Assembly (NCBI GenBank): GCA_963771465.1
Contig: CAVYTU010000002.1
Span: 101,945 to 165,944, forward strand
Length of the DNA: 64,000 bases
Origin: an uncultured delta proteobacterium
GTDB taxonomy: Bacteria; Desulfobacterota; Binatia; UBA9968
Direction: 5' to 3'
In this document: positions 9,629-19,532 of the stretch, one piece after another
Numbering within the stretch: the first letter of the stretch is position 1
Layout: each line of letters starts with the position of its first letter
Made by a program: the position numbers and the translations under genes
The notes under the pieces: model-generated
The model's input: the letters and a program-made list of their open reading frames with translations, nothing else
Database searches by the model: none
What the model was told of the DNA's origin: nothing

Positions 9629-11788
9629 ATGAGTGATGCTTGGAAATCCGACCTTCGACCTTTGTTCAACCCAAGATCGATCGCGCTGATCGGCGCTTCG
9701 GAATCTTCATCCAGAGCGCGGGCAGTTTTCAATAATTTGCGCGAGTTCGGCTATCGGGGAGAAATCTTTCCGGTCAATCCGACACGCAGCGAGGTTTTTG
9801 GTCTTAAGTGTTATCCGAGTGTAATCGCCATTCCCGCGACCATTGACGCGTTCATCATGGCGATCCAGCGCGATCGCGTCATCCCAGCCCTAGAAGCATG
9901 CGTAGAAAAAGGCGTCCAGGCCGGCGTCATCGTATCCGCCGGATTTGCTGAAGCCTCAGCCGAAGGCAGGGTGCTGCAAGATCAGCTGACGAAAATCGCC
10001 GATGCAGCGAAGATTCGAATCTGCGGCCCAAACTGCTTTGGCATTGCGAATATTCACGATCGAGTCGCGCTGTTGCTCGGCACCGACGTGCGCCACGTCC
10101 AGCCGGGCAAGATCGGCCTGCTCTTTCAGAGCGGCGGACTATTGAATCTGATGTTGCTCGCGGCCTGGGACCGAGGTTGGGGCGTGAGCCATGCGATTTC
10201 CTGCGGCAACGAAGCTGTCGTCCACGTCGCTCACTACACCGAATATTTGGTAAGAGACGACCGCACTCAAGTGGTAGGAATTCTCGCCGAAGGGATCAGA
10301 GACCCAGAAAGGTTTCTCACTATCGCCAAGTTGGCCGCTGAACTTGAGAAGCCGTTGATCGTTCTAAAGATCGGCAAATCGGCAAAGGGCGTGACGGCAG
10401 CTCAAGCGCACACGGGAACTCTCGTTGGCTCGGACGCGGCATTCCATGCCGTATGCACTCAGTACGGTGTGGTACGAGTGCACGACCTCGATGATTTTAT
10501 CGAGACCGTCGAGCTGTTCTCGAAACGAAAGAAATTGCGCGGCGATCGGCTTGGCTTCATCGCGCCATCAGGCGCGGAGTGTGGGCTAATAGCAGATATC
10601 GCAACCGATGAGGGGATTGAATTGCCGGAGTTTTCACCAAAGACGGTGGACCGACTCAAGGAAGTGCAATCGCCGTTTCTCTCGATCCGCAATCCGATGA
10701 ATGCGCCGGAGCAGTACACGCGCAAAGGCGAAATCTTTAACGCATGCGTCGAAGCGCTGATCGAGGATGAAAACATCGACATCCTCGGCCTCAGACTGCC
10801 GCTGCCAAGACTGCGGGAAGACAAAGATGTCGTGAACCGATTCGCCGACATCGTGAAGGCTGGAGAACAAACTGACAAACTCTTGATCGTCTTTTCGCGC
10901 GCGTCGGTTAGTTTGCCGGAGTATTGGCGTCAGCTGTTGCGCGAGCATCAGATTCCCTTTCTCTTGGAATACCGCAAAGGATTCAGGGCGCTAAAATCTT
11001 TATTGAACTACCACCACTTTCTTCAAAAGCGCGGAACGGCTACGCAGTCGCGTACTCGGGTCGAAGCAGACTTAAGCAAAGTAAAAAACCTGCTCGATTG
11101 CGCCGGTCGAATACTGACCGAGCGGCAGAGCAAACAAATCCTCTCCGAATATGGAATTCCCGTCGCGGTGGAATCCCTCGCGACGAATGTCGACGAAGCG
11201 GTCGCCATCGCAAACCAGATCGGTTATCCGGTCGTGCTGAAAATCGAGTCGCCCGAGATCACGCACAAGACCGACGCTGGCGCGGTTGAAATCGGCATAA
11301 CCGGCGACGCGGAAGTGCGCGCCGGCTTTAACCGAATCATCAGTAACGCCAAGTCCTATAATCCCACCGCGCGGATCAACGGCGTGTTGGTCCAGGAAAT
11401 GGTTCGCGGCGGCCGAGAGATGATCATCGGCATGACCCAAGATCCGCAGTGGGGACCGACAATCGTCGTCGGACTCGGCGGCCTATTCGTCGAGGTGTTG
11501 AAAGACATCGCCATACGGCGTGCGCCGCTGAATAGGTCAGACGTCGAAGCGATGCTGCACGAACTGAAGGGTGGAAGAATTCTTCATAGCTTCAGAGGTC
11601 AAGCAGCCGCGGATATCGATGCATTTATCGAGATCGTTTTGCGCTTTTCTCAACTCTGTGTCGATCTCAAAGACGAGGTTGAAGAGATCGACATCAATCC
11701 ACTACTGGTTTTCGACATCGGCAAAGGCGCCAAGGTAGTTGACTGTTTGATCACGCGCCGACCTACAATCGAACTAATTCGCGCCTAG
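9629..11788 (+). CDS. ADP-forming acetate/acyl-CoA ligase (fused CoA-binding and ATP-grasp domains)
   Basis: LFNPRSIALIGAS, GPNCFG, QSGG, HTGTLVG, GYPVVLKIESPEITHKTDAG, EIDINPL. Confidence 0.93.
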   Translation: MSDAWKSDLRPLFNPRSIALIGASESSSRARAVFNNLREFGYRGEIFPVNPTRSEVFGLKCYPSVIAIPATIDAFIMAIQRDRVIPALEACVEKGVQAGVIVSAGFAEASAEGRVLQDQLTKIADAAKIRICGPNCFGIANIHDRVALLLGTDVRHVQPGKIGLLFQSGGLLNLMLLAAWDRGWGVSHAISCGNEAVVHVAHYTEYLVRDDRTQVVGILAEGIRDPERFLTIAKLAAELEKPLIVLKIGKSAKGVTAAQAHTGTLVGSDAAFHAVCTQYGVVRVHDLDDFIETVELFSKRKKLRGDRLGFIAPSGAECGLIADIATDEGIELPEFSPKTVDRLKEVQSPFLSIRNPMNAPEQYTRKGEIFNACVEALIEDENIDILGLRLPLPRLREDKDVVNRFADIVKAGEQTDKLLIVFSRASVSLPEYWRQLLREHQIPFLLEYRKGFRALKSLLNYHHFLQKRGTATQSRTRVEADLSKVKNLLDCAGRILTERQSKQILSEYGIPVAVESLATNVDEAVAIANQIGYPVVLKIESPEITHKTDAGAVEIGITGDAEVRAGFNRIISNAKSYNPTARINGVLVQEMVRGGREMIIGMTQDPQWGPTIVVGLGGLFVEVLKDIAIRRAPLNRSDVEAMLHELKGGRILHSFRGQAAADIDAFIEIVLRFSQLCVDLKDEVEEIDINPLLVFDIGKGAKVVDCLITRRPTIELIRA

Positions 11789-11838
11789 AGTGCGAAATGA
11801 TCGAGCCGCAGATGAACAACGGACATGGATCCGCCGAG

Positions 11839-12891
11839 CTAGCGATTCAAATATTTTTTCATCAGCCCGTTGATATAACCTTGGATCGACGGTGACACGA
11901 CCAAGAGTTGGCGCAGCAGAGGATCGACTTCGGCGGCCAAAAGCATTTGCGCGTCTTCGCCGCTGACTTTTTTCAGTTCCGTCTTAAACTCTGGGTCCTC
12001 TTTCATGCGCGCAAAGCCGTCGCGCAGTTGGCGCAATAAATTCGCCGGCGTCTTTGGCGCGGCATGAAGCGGCCGCCCAACGCTATCGGTGCCGGCAAAT
12101 ATCGTGTACGCCTGCCACGGCGCGCCGCTCGGCCGTTGCTCCTTGGCCAAGTCTTCAAACACCGGAACGTCGGGGAACTCGCTGCGTCTTTGGAAAGAGC
12201 CGTTGGCGGTCAACATGCCCTGCTGGACAAACGGAGTGTAGCCCTGCGCGACGAATTTCAGGAGTGTCGGCAGAGTCGCCGTAGGATAGATGTCGGTTTC
12301 GTTTCGTTCAAAGGCGAGCTGAATCTCGCCGCCACCGGGATAGCCTTGCACCCAACGAACGTTCCATTTGAGAAACTCCGCGCCCCAAAGAAAGATCGCG
12401 TTCCAGCTTTCATCGCCGGAACGAACGCCGACTTTGAGCGGTTCGCCAGCGCCGGTCAGGCGCTCGAGACTTTTTTTCCGGATCAGCGCCACCGAAGTGC
12501 CGCGCCGCACACTGCCGACCACCGGCCAGCGGGTTAGATCATGCTTGGCTTCTTTAACGCCCATGGCTTGCTGATTGATACTCGTCGTACTGGTGTAGTG
12601 CAGGGTCAAGCCGTCGGGTTTGGCGAACAGCTCAAACCAATTGCTCGCCACCGTGCCGCCGGCGCCAGGCATATTTTGCACCAGCATCGTCGGGTGACCC
12701 AGAATGTGAAGGCCGAAGAAGCGCGCCATCATGCGCGCCTCGGCATCCACTCCACCGCCGCCGGGAAAGCCGGCGATGATGCGAATGGTCTTGCCCTTGA
12801 AATAGTTTTCTTGCCCGGAGACCAGGCTTTGCTTTGCCCAGAAACAAATCCAGACCACAGAAACCATCAAACAGCCGGTTTTGATCCGCAT
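11839..12891 (-). CDS. TctC/Bug-like substrate-binding protein
   Basis: YFKGKTIRII.GF..GGG.D, VQNMPGAGG, AKPDGLT; start chosen after GGAGG. Confidence 0.85.
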   Translation of the reverse strand: MRIKTGCLMVSVVWICFWAKQSLVSGQENYFKGKTIRIIAGFPGGGGVDAEARMMARFFGLHILGHPTMLVQNMPGAGGTVASNWFELFAKPDGLTLHYTSTTSINQQAMGVKEAKHDLTRWPVVGSVRRGTSVALIRKKSLERLTGAGEPLKVGVRSGDESWNAIFLWGAEFLKWNVRWVQGYPGGGEIQLAFERNETDIYPTATLPTLLKFVAQGYTPFVQQGMLTANGSFQRRSEFPDVPVFEDLAKEQRPSGAPWQAYTIFAGTDSVGRPLHAAPKTPANLLRQLRDGFARMKEDPEFKTELKKVSGEDAQMLLAAEVDPLLRQLLVVSPSIQGYINGLMKKYLNR

Positions 12892-12943
12892 CGATGAATC
12901 CTCCGTAGCATGAGTGAGCAGACCTCGTGTCAAACTCGGGCTG

Positions 12944-13792
12944 CTAACGAATCACGGTGCTCGCGCTCAGGGGTTTGGCAGCCTGGTGAAAACGCTGAAA
13001 CCAAATATCTTCGTCGATGGCGCCGGCATAGGCTGATTTGAGAATTTCAACCGTCGCCGGCTCGATCTCACCGCGGACGATCGCTTCGACGCGCTCGTCG
13101 GTGAGCGGCTGACCGAATTGAAAGTTGCGACCTTTCAATCGGATCGTGGAAAACTCGCGAACGATTTCCAAAGCGATACGAGCGTCTTCTTCGGTCTTGA
13201 CCCATTGATAGAGCGGATGGCGCGCTTCGAGGGCGTCGCCATGAGACATCTCATCGTGCAAGATGATTTTCCCCGTCTCGGATAACAGCTGCTCGTAGAC
13301 AGCGCCCTTCAGGCCAACCACGCCATAGGCGACGGAGCCCGCGCCACCGCTGTTAAAAGATCCTGCGGCGCCGTGCAGCGGCGACAGCTTCTCCCAAGCG
13401 CGGCGCCGCTTCTGCTCTTCGCGTTGCCACACGGACCAATCCGCGTTGCCCCGTTCCGCGTCCAAGTCCTTCCAATCCACATGCGCGCCGCCGAGGCCTT
13501 CAAGAACATAGGCGAGCATCGCGTAGTGGCGCGTTTCGTAGTAGTGCTCACGCAGTTCGGCGACAATCGCCTCGCGCGTCATCCCACGATCGACCTTGTC
13601 GACCTGCTCGCTCAGTTCGCCCTGGGAAATCTCGCGCAGATTACGCAGCTCACGCGACACCTGGCTCTTGAGCCAAAATAAGTGCTGAGCCAGCGGTCTC
13701 GGCTGAGAGAAAAATGTCCGCGCCACCTCGGCCTCACCGGCGCGGAACCTAGCGGCGACGTCTTCGATTTCGGCCATACAATTTACACTCAT
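12944..13792 (-). CDS. Hypothetical ferritin-like (putative diiron) protein
   Basis: Helical composition with two ExxH motifs (YETRH, DEMSH) ~95 aa apart; AGGAG RBS. Confidence 0.6.
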   Translation of the reverse strand: MSVNCMAEIEDVAARFRAGEAEVARTFFSQPRPLAQHLFWLKSQVSRELRNLREISQGELSEQVDKVDRGMTREAIVAELREHYYETRHYAMLAYVLEGLGGAHVDWKDLDAERGNADWSVWQREEQKRRRAWEKLSPLHGAAGSFNSGGAGSVAYGVVGLKGAVYEQLLSETGKIILHDEMSHGDALEARHPLYQWVKTEEDARIALEIVREFSTIRLKGRNFQFGQPLTDERVEAIVRGEIEPATVEILKSAYAGAIDEDIWFQRFHQAAKPLSASTVIR

Positions 13793-13886
13793 TGCTACCG
13801 TCTCCTCCTATCGAAAGAATTCTCTCGTGCCACGTTCAGAAGCGAATTTCTTCCTTTGCGTGCGCCCTTTGCAGTTGATTTCTTAT

Positions 13887-15059
13887 TTAACCCAACCGCG
13901 AAAACAATCTCTGCGCATTCACTGCTAAAATTTTTTTCTTGGCGCTCGCCAACAGTCCGGGCCGTTCGATGGCACTGCGCGCGGCGTGTGGCCAGGTTGT
14001 TCCGGGATGAGGATAGTCGGTGGCGAAAAGCCAAATGTCCTCGCCCAACTCTTGAATACAATGTTCGACGTAGCGCTCGTCCGCGTCGATGGAATGAAAT
14101 AGCCGCCCTTCGGCCAACACTTCAGACGGCTTGCGCTTGAGCTGTGGCGCCAGATTAGGTTTTGAAGCGTAGCTGTCGTCAAGTCGTTCGATTAGCCAAG
14201 GCAGCCAGCCCGCGCCGGTTTCAAATAGGCCCACGCGAAGCCGCGGAAAGAGCTCGAACACGCCGCCGCCGATGAGCGCGCCAATCGCCGTCATTCCGCC
14301 CCAGGGTTGATAGACCGCGCGAATGATGAAACCGGCGTGATCGAGTGCGACCGCGCCCGGCCCATGCGGCGCGCGCAGCACGCCGCCGTGCACTAAGATC
14401 GGAAGATCTAGATTCTGCGCGCATTGGAACAAAGGCTGCAGATCGGGATTGTCCAGTAACTTTCCATCCGCGCACACCGGCGGGATAAGAATACCGGCGA
14501 GATTTGCATCGTGCTCGGCCCAATAAGTGATCTCGTCTACGCTCGCGCCAATGTCACGCATGGTTGCGATCGCACTCCAGCGCAAACGCCCTTTCGCACC
14601 GGCGCAATAGTTTTGCATGTAACGATGATAAGCGTGGTGCAGCGCACTCTCGAAGCCAACGTCCCGGAGAATGCAATAACTCGCCGCGTGACTGGGAAAG
14701 ATCACGCTGGTATCGATGCCGGCTTCGTCCATATCTTTTAGCCGAATCGCAGGATCCCAATTTACCGCCTGCGGAATTCGGTTGCCGCGATGAACGCGCG
14801 CGACGGTGGGCCGCTCGGCGCCGAAAGTATCGTAGACTCCCAGCGGGCGATATTCGTCAGAAGGCTCGATGATCGCTTGCGGGTGCATGAACAGGTCGGT
14901 CGGCAGCCCGGCGTCGCGCCGCTTGGCGACGGCGCTGGATAATTGTTCGAACGCGGCGCGATATTCAGGATCGATATGTTCTCGATAAGTCCGATCGACA
15001 TCGACATACTCGCGAATATGCGAGTCGGCATCGATGACGGTTAAACCGTCGTAGCTCAT
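13887..15059 (-). CDS. Amidohydrolase_2 family protein (ACMSD/LigW-like)
   Basis: IDADSH, RLKDMD..GID..VIFP, LVHG, GVFE.FP.LR...ETGAGW, FATDYPH. Confidence 0.9.
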   Translation of the reverse strand: MSYDGLTVIDADSHIREYVDVDRTYREHIDPEYRAAFEQLSSAVAKRRDAGLPTDLFMHPQAIIEPSDEYRPLGVYDTFGAERPTVARVHRGNRIPQAVNWDPAIRLKDMDEAGIDTSVIFPSHAASYCILRDVGFESALHHAYHRYMQNYCAGAKGRLRWSAIATMRDIGASVDEITYWAEHDANLAGILIPPVCADGKLLDNPDLQPLFQCAQNLDLPILVHGGVLRAPHGPGAVALDHAGFIIRAVYQPWGGMTAIGALIGGGVFELFPRLRVGLFETGAGWLPWLIERLDDSYASKPNLAPQLKRKPSEVLAEGRLFHSIDADERYVEHCIQELGEDIWLFATDYPHPGTTWPHAARSAIERPGLLASAKKKILAVNAQRLFSRLG

Positions 15060-15075
15060 CGTGACACCTCCACGC

Positions 15076-16791
15076 TCACAAATTTCGCACACTCAATTTT
15101 CGCGCCAACACCGTGGCCGTGATCAAAAAGAGTATGATCATCACACCTAACGCCGCCGTGGACGGCACTTCGCCATTGTTCCATAGCTCCCAAACCATGA
15201 CCGGCACCACGATGGTGCTCGGACTATAGAGCATGATCACAGAACCGATCGCCCGTCCAACCGCGATGGCGGAGAAAATCCAGCCGTTGATAAATGCCGG
15301 CATCAACAAGGGCAACGTGATGCGCCAAAATGTTCTCAGCCACGAACCGCCGCTCGCGTAGGATGCTTCTTCGAGTTCTTTATGCAACTGCGCCATCGCC
15401 GCATTCATCACCCGAGTACTGAAGGAAATTCTTCCCGTGACATAGGCCGCGAGCAAGATCCAAATCGTGCCATAGATCGGGATGGGCAAAACCAAGTAAA
15501 CCCACATGAGCGAGACGCCGGTGACGATCCCAGGGATAGCGTGGGGCAAGAAGGTGAGGATATCGAGGAGGCGCCGGCCGCGCGACTGACCTTTGACGAT
15601 AAACCAGGAGATCACCGAGCAGATCAACATGGTCACCGTCGGCGCGAGTAGGATCATGACAACGCTGTTGCGGAACGCCAAGCCGACTTTGGGGATCTCC
15701 CAAATTGCGCGGTAGTTTTCCCAGGAGAGTTTCTTCAGCGCTTGGGCCGATGGGATTTGATAGAACGGCAACAGCGAAGCCCAGAGGAGAATCAGCAACG
15801 GCAAGATCACCGTGAGCAGGAAATAGCCGGCGAAGAGCGCCAGCGCGGCGTATTTCCAGACGCCGAGGTCGATAACCTTGGGGCGATAGGCTTTGCCTGT
15901 AATGGTCGCGAAGCGATCGGCCTGGTTAAGAATTTTCCCATAGAGATAAATCAGCACGGCGCTAATGACCAGAAGCAAAACCGCGTAGGTGCTCACCAGA
16001 CCGTAATCCGTCGGCGGTTGGCTCGCGGCAAGATAGATTCGTAACGCCATCACGTGAATCCCGGCGCGCAGACCGATCACGCCGGGAATTTCGAACGACT
16101 CCATTGCCGAAATCAAAACATAAATGTACGCAGCGAGAATCGACGGCAGCAGCACTCTGAGTGTCACGCCCCACAACGTCCGCAACAATCCGCCGCCCGC
16201 CACCGCGGAAGCTTCCTCAAGAGCCGGGTCCATGCGCCGAAACGCGCCGGCGATCATTAGAAAAGTCACCGGGATCAGGTGCAACCCTTCGAGAAAGATC
16301 ATGCCCGACAGGCTATAAATATTGATCGGCGCTTCCGCCAAATCGAAAATCCAGCGCAGCGACAAATTGATCACGCCGATCTGCGGGCTCAGCAACAGCA
16401 CCCAACCGATGGAAAACAACACACCCGGCACGGCGACCGGCACCGGCATCAAGGCGTAAAGCGTTTCTTTGCACGGCACGTTGGTGCGCTCGAGCAGCCA
16501 GGCGAAGATGACCCCGAAAAAGAGCGCGATCAGCGCCGCGCTTACCGCGAAAACCACCGTCGTGCCGAACACTGAATAGGTGCGCGGATCGCCGTAGGCG
16601 TTGGCGTAATTTTTCAGCGTAAGCTCGGAAGGAAAACCGATCGGCGCCGAGCGAAAGCTGCTCCATAACAAAAACAGTAGCGGCACCACCACCAGGTAGA
16701 GCACCAAAGCGACGACGCCGGCGAGTAGAAAGCTCTGACCGTTCCACCGCGCCAGCAGACTGTGTCGTGCGGTCAACCCTATGGATGTCAT
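15076..16791 (-). CDS. ABC transporter permease (FbpB-like, duplicated TM domain)
   Basis: Two EAA loops (LEEASAVAGGG, LEEASYASGGS) and many TM helices. Confidence 0.92.
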   Translation of the reverse strand: MTSIGLTARHSLLARWNGQSFLLAGVVALVLYLVVVPLLFLLWSSFRSAPIGFPSELTLKNYANAYGDPRTYSVFGTTVVFAVSAALIALFFGVIFAWLLERTNVPCKETLYALMPVPVAVPGVLFSIGWVLLLSPQIGVINLSLRWIFDLAEAPINIYSLSGMIFLEGLHLIPVTFLMIAGAFRRMDPALEEASAVAGGGLLRTLWGVTLRVLLPSILAAYIYVLISAMESFEIPGVIGLRAGIHVMALRIYLAASQPPTDYGLVSTYAVLLLVISAVLIYLYGKILNQADRFATITGKAYRPKVIDLGVWKYAALALFAGYFLLTVILPLLILLWASLLPFYQIPSAQALKKLSWENYRAIWEIPKVGLAFRNSVVMILLAPTVTMLICSVISWFIVKGQSRGRRLLDILTFLPHAIPGIVTGVSLMWVYLVLPIPIYGTIWILLAAYVTGRISFSTRVMNAAMAQLHKELEEASYASGGSWLRTFWRITLPLLMPAFINGWIFSAIAVGRAIGSVIMLYSPSTIVVPVMVWELWNNGEVPSTAALGVMIILFLITATVLARKLSVRNL

Positions 16792-16866
16792 GCTGAGCTA
16801 AGCGAAGCATCTCGCAGGTTCACGCTATTGCGGATACGAGATCGTTCGCCTTCAGTTGAGAACGAC
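16787..16866. repeat. REP-like palindrome (gtcatgctgagctaagcgaagcatct...agatcgttcgccttcagttgagaacgac)
   Basis: Imperfect inverted repeat between SBP and permease, resembling the widespread gtcatnctgagcgnagcgaag family. Confidence 0.6.
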
Positions 16867-16887
16867 ATGGCGACCTACCCGCCGTTG

Positions 16888-17898
16888 CTACAAGATACCG
16901 AGAATTTTTTGCAGTTGCCGGCCGAAGTCTTGAGTCTTACCGTAATGGTCGCCGTCGCGAACGACGAGGTTCAGGCCTTTGATCGCTTCGGACTGCGAAG
17001 TGCCGCTGCCGGGGAATGGGCTGCCCTTGAACGTCAGCTCATCGACGTTTTTCACGCCTTCCGGCGAGAAGATCCAATCTAACCAGAGATGACCGGCGTT
17101 GGGATTGGGACCCTTTTTACTCTTGATGAAGGCGCTGCCGGAAATCACCACGGGGTTGACCCTTGCCCACTCCACCGGCGCGCCTTTGTCTTTATACTGC
17201 AGCACGCGATAGAGAAAGACGTTCACCGCGATGGGAAACTCACCGGCCAACAGCAGTGCGACGTTCTGGGTATTGCTGCGGATCAACTGCGGCTTGTTCT
17301 GCGCCAATCGAGTGATGTAGCTGACCACCTTTTCTTTGCCCCACCCTTCGGGCTGCGAAAGCACTTGCCACATGCGCGGATCGATGTGGAGACCGAGCTT
17401 GCCTTTCCATTTGGGATTGAGCAAATCTTCCCAGGATTTCGGCGCGTCCTTCGCCGAAACAAAATTCGTGTTGTAAGCGGGCACGGTCACGTTGCCGCCC
17501 ATCTGCGCCCAGTAGCCGTTCGGGTCTTTGGCGCGCGCAGGCATCTGCTTCATGCCATCAGGCGGCAACTTTTCTACGATGCCGCGTTTGACCCACTCGG
17601 CGTAATGCAGCTGAATGTCGGCACCCAAAGAAACATCCCAAGCATGCCGGTTGGCGTTATGCTCCGCCCAGATTTTCTCCGAAACGTCTTCCCCCGCGGC
17701 GGTCCAGATTTCTACTTGGACAAACGGGTAGCGTTCATTAAATTTTTTGACCAACGCGCGGCTATCGTTAGCGCTGCCGCTGGTCCACCAAATCAGTTTT
17801 CCCTCGCGCTTAGCCGCTTCGATGACGTTAGGCGCCGGCGCCGCGTGCGCCGTCCCAATGACCAGGCATAGAAGCAAACTAGCAATAGCGTATTGCAT
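16888..17898 (-). CDS. ABC extracellular solute-binding protein (AfuA/FbpA-like), cognate to the adjacent permease
   Basis: AAKREGKL.WW, YNTN.V...DAPKSWEDLLNPKWKG, PNPNAG.LWLDW. Confidence 0.88.
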   Translation of the reverse strand: MQYAIASLLLCLVIGTAHAAPAPNVIEAAKREGKLIWWTSGSANDSRALVKKFNERYPFVQVEIWTAAGEDVSEKIWAEHNANRHAWDVSLGADIQLHYAEWVKRGIVEKLPPDGMKQMPARAKDPNGYWAQMGGNVTVPAYNTNFVSAKDAPKSWEDLLNPKWKGKLGLHIDPRMWQVLSQPEGWGKEKVVSYITRLAQNKPQLIRSNTQNVALLLAGEFPIAVNVFLYRVLQYKDKGAPVEWARVNPVVISGSAFIKSKKGPNPNAGHLWLDWIFSPEGVKNVDELTFKGSPFPGSGTSQSEAIKGLNLVVRDGDHYGKTQDFGRQLQKILGIL

Positions 17899-18039
17899 AA
17901 CTTTTTCTCCCCTGGGTTTGCGTCCTATTGAATCGTTCCGCAATTTCTCGATTGACCGCATTTAGCTGTTACTCGCGTCACTATTTTCCGCGAACAGTAG
18001 CTCGACAAATCGCCGCCCACTCTGTGTCCAAGCAATCTT

Positions 18040-18174
18040 TTAATGAGACACCCGCCGGCTTGTCAACCAAGGCGTCCCGTGCGCCGGCAACATCATGTCG
18101 GTCGTCATGCCATACGGCCACAAACTGATGTTGCCATCGCGCAAAGTCGTATCGACGATCCGAACTTCGTCCAC
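18040..18174 (-). pseudogene. 5' remnant of a pyruvate carboxylase subunit B / oxaloacetate decarboxylase alpha-like (DRE-TIM) gene
   Basis: AGGAG RBS, then GTG start giving MDEVRIVDTTLRDGNISLWPYGMTTDMMLP; homology ends after ~31 codons. Confidence 0.65.
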
Positions 18175-18360
18175 GGATTTTCTCCTGAACAACAAACGTC
18201 AAGCAATCCTTAGCGCGAATCTGTGAAGCGAGGCAAGCCACTCAGACAGTTGGGAGGCACTGCATTTTTTAAGCGGATCGTTTAGATCTTGCGGGCGGCC
18301 TTTGGGGATATTAATATCGGCAAACAGCGTTCCGTATATTCCTGGTTAGCCTCAGTCAAC
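18160..18360. repeat. Diverged ~200 bp direct repeat, copy 1
   Basis: Shares tccttagcgcgaatc.gtgaagcgag.caagc.actc, ggcggcc and tattaatatcgg blocks, collinearly, with 19292-19500. Confidence 0.75.
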
Positions 18361-18523
18361 AACAATGGGTTTCAAAGTCTCCCACAGCTACGTTCGCATC
18401 GTTCCGGCCAACGCGCACATCGACGCGATGGTTGTGTGGATGTTCTCGTCCCTAGAGGCGCCCAGAAACGCTACTTCGCTGGCCCGCGGCCGCTCGTGTC
18501 AAACGATTCTTGCATAGACACTG

Positions 18524-19231
18524 ATGCCGTCTGACGATTACTTGTCACGCGTGGGTGGGATCGGCGCGATTCTTGGAGTTATCGTGCTCGTCGCGGCGAC
18601 CATGCTTCACCCTATGAATGCGCATCCGAGCGATGCGGAAGCCGCCTTTGCTGAATATGCTCTCGACAGATATTGGGTCGCGACCCATTTGGGACAACTT
18701 GTCGGAGCCGTCCTCATCGCTAGCGGTTTTGTCTCGTTGTCCTGGAAGCTTCGCGCCGGACGAGCGGGAGCATGGGCTTTTCTTGCGGGTTTCGCGGCGG
18801 TCGCAAGTATGTCACTTGCCGCGGCGCTTCAGGCGGTCGATGGTGTTGCGCTGAAGTTCATGGTGGATCGATGGTCGTCGGCTGCGCCGGAAGCTCGGGC
18901 CGCAGTGTTCGAAGCCGCGTTCGGCGTTCGGCAGATTGAAATCGGCCTCGCGAGTCTAATGGAAGCCTTCTTCGGCCTGACGGTCATTCTCTATGGGGTT
19001 GCCATTGTGTTCAGTTCGACGGCGCCTCGTTGGCTCGGCATTTTCGCCGTGTTGGGCGGCGCTGCGATGCTGACTTCCAGCGTCGTGCAAGCGCACACCG
19101 GCTTTACCGACATCGCCATGGGAATGACCATGCCAAGCACCTTGCTTGTGTTGCTGTGGTGCATTTGCGTCGGCGTTTTCTTGCTCCGAAGCGCAGGCTC
19201 CGTCGATCACGCTGCAAGACAACGTGGCTGA
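18524..19231 (+). CDS. Hypothetical integral membrane protein (DUF4386-like)
   Basis: About 6 TM helices; LHP, W...H.GQ, QAVDGVALK..VD.W, PRWLG. Confidence 0.7.
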   Translation: MPSDDYLSRVGGIGAILGVIVLVAATMLHPMNAHPSDAEAAFAEYALDRYWVATHLGQLVGAVLIASGFVSLSWKLRAGRAGAWAFLAGFAAVASMSLAAALQAVDGVALKFMVDRWSSAAPEARAAVFEAAFGVRQIEIGLASLMEAFFGLTVILYGVAIVFSSTAPRWLGIFAVLGGAAMLTSSVVQAHTGFTDIAMGMTMPSTLLVLLWCICVGVFLLRSAGSVDHAARQRG

Positions 19232-19291
19232 GCCAGCGTCGCAATGTGTCGCCGAAAATGACGGACTGCGCATCGACTGCCCGTACCTGGC

Positions 19292-19500
19292 AATCCTAAC
19301 TGCGTTCACTAAATCCTCTTGAAACGAAAGACCAAACGCCAATCGTCCTTAGCGCGAATCGGTGAAGCGAGCCAAGCTACTCGTACAGGCGCGAACCAAT
19401 GTAGTCATTCAAACGGTTCGCTCTTCGTCTTGTAGGCGGCCGGCGCGGTTATTAATATCGGGAATCAAAGTTTCGAAAATTGCTGGATGGACCGCAGCAA
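19292..19500. repeat. Diverged ~200 bp direct repeat, copy 2
   Basis: Collinear similarity to 18160-18360. Confidence 0.75.
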
Positions 19501-19532
19501 TGCGCCAATCAATGTATGAATGGAGAAGGAGA

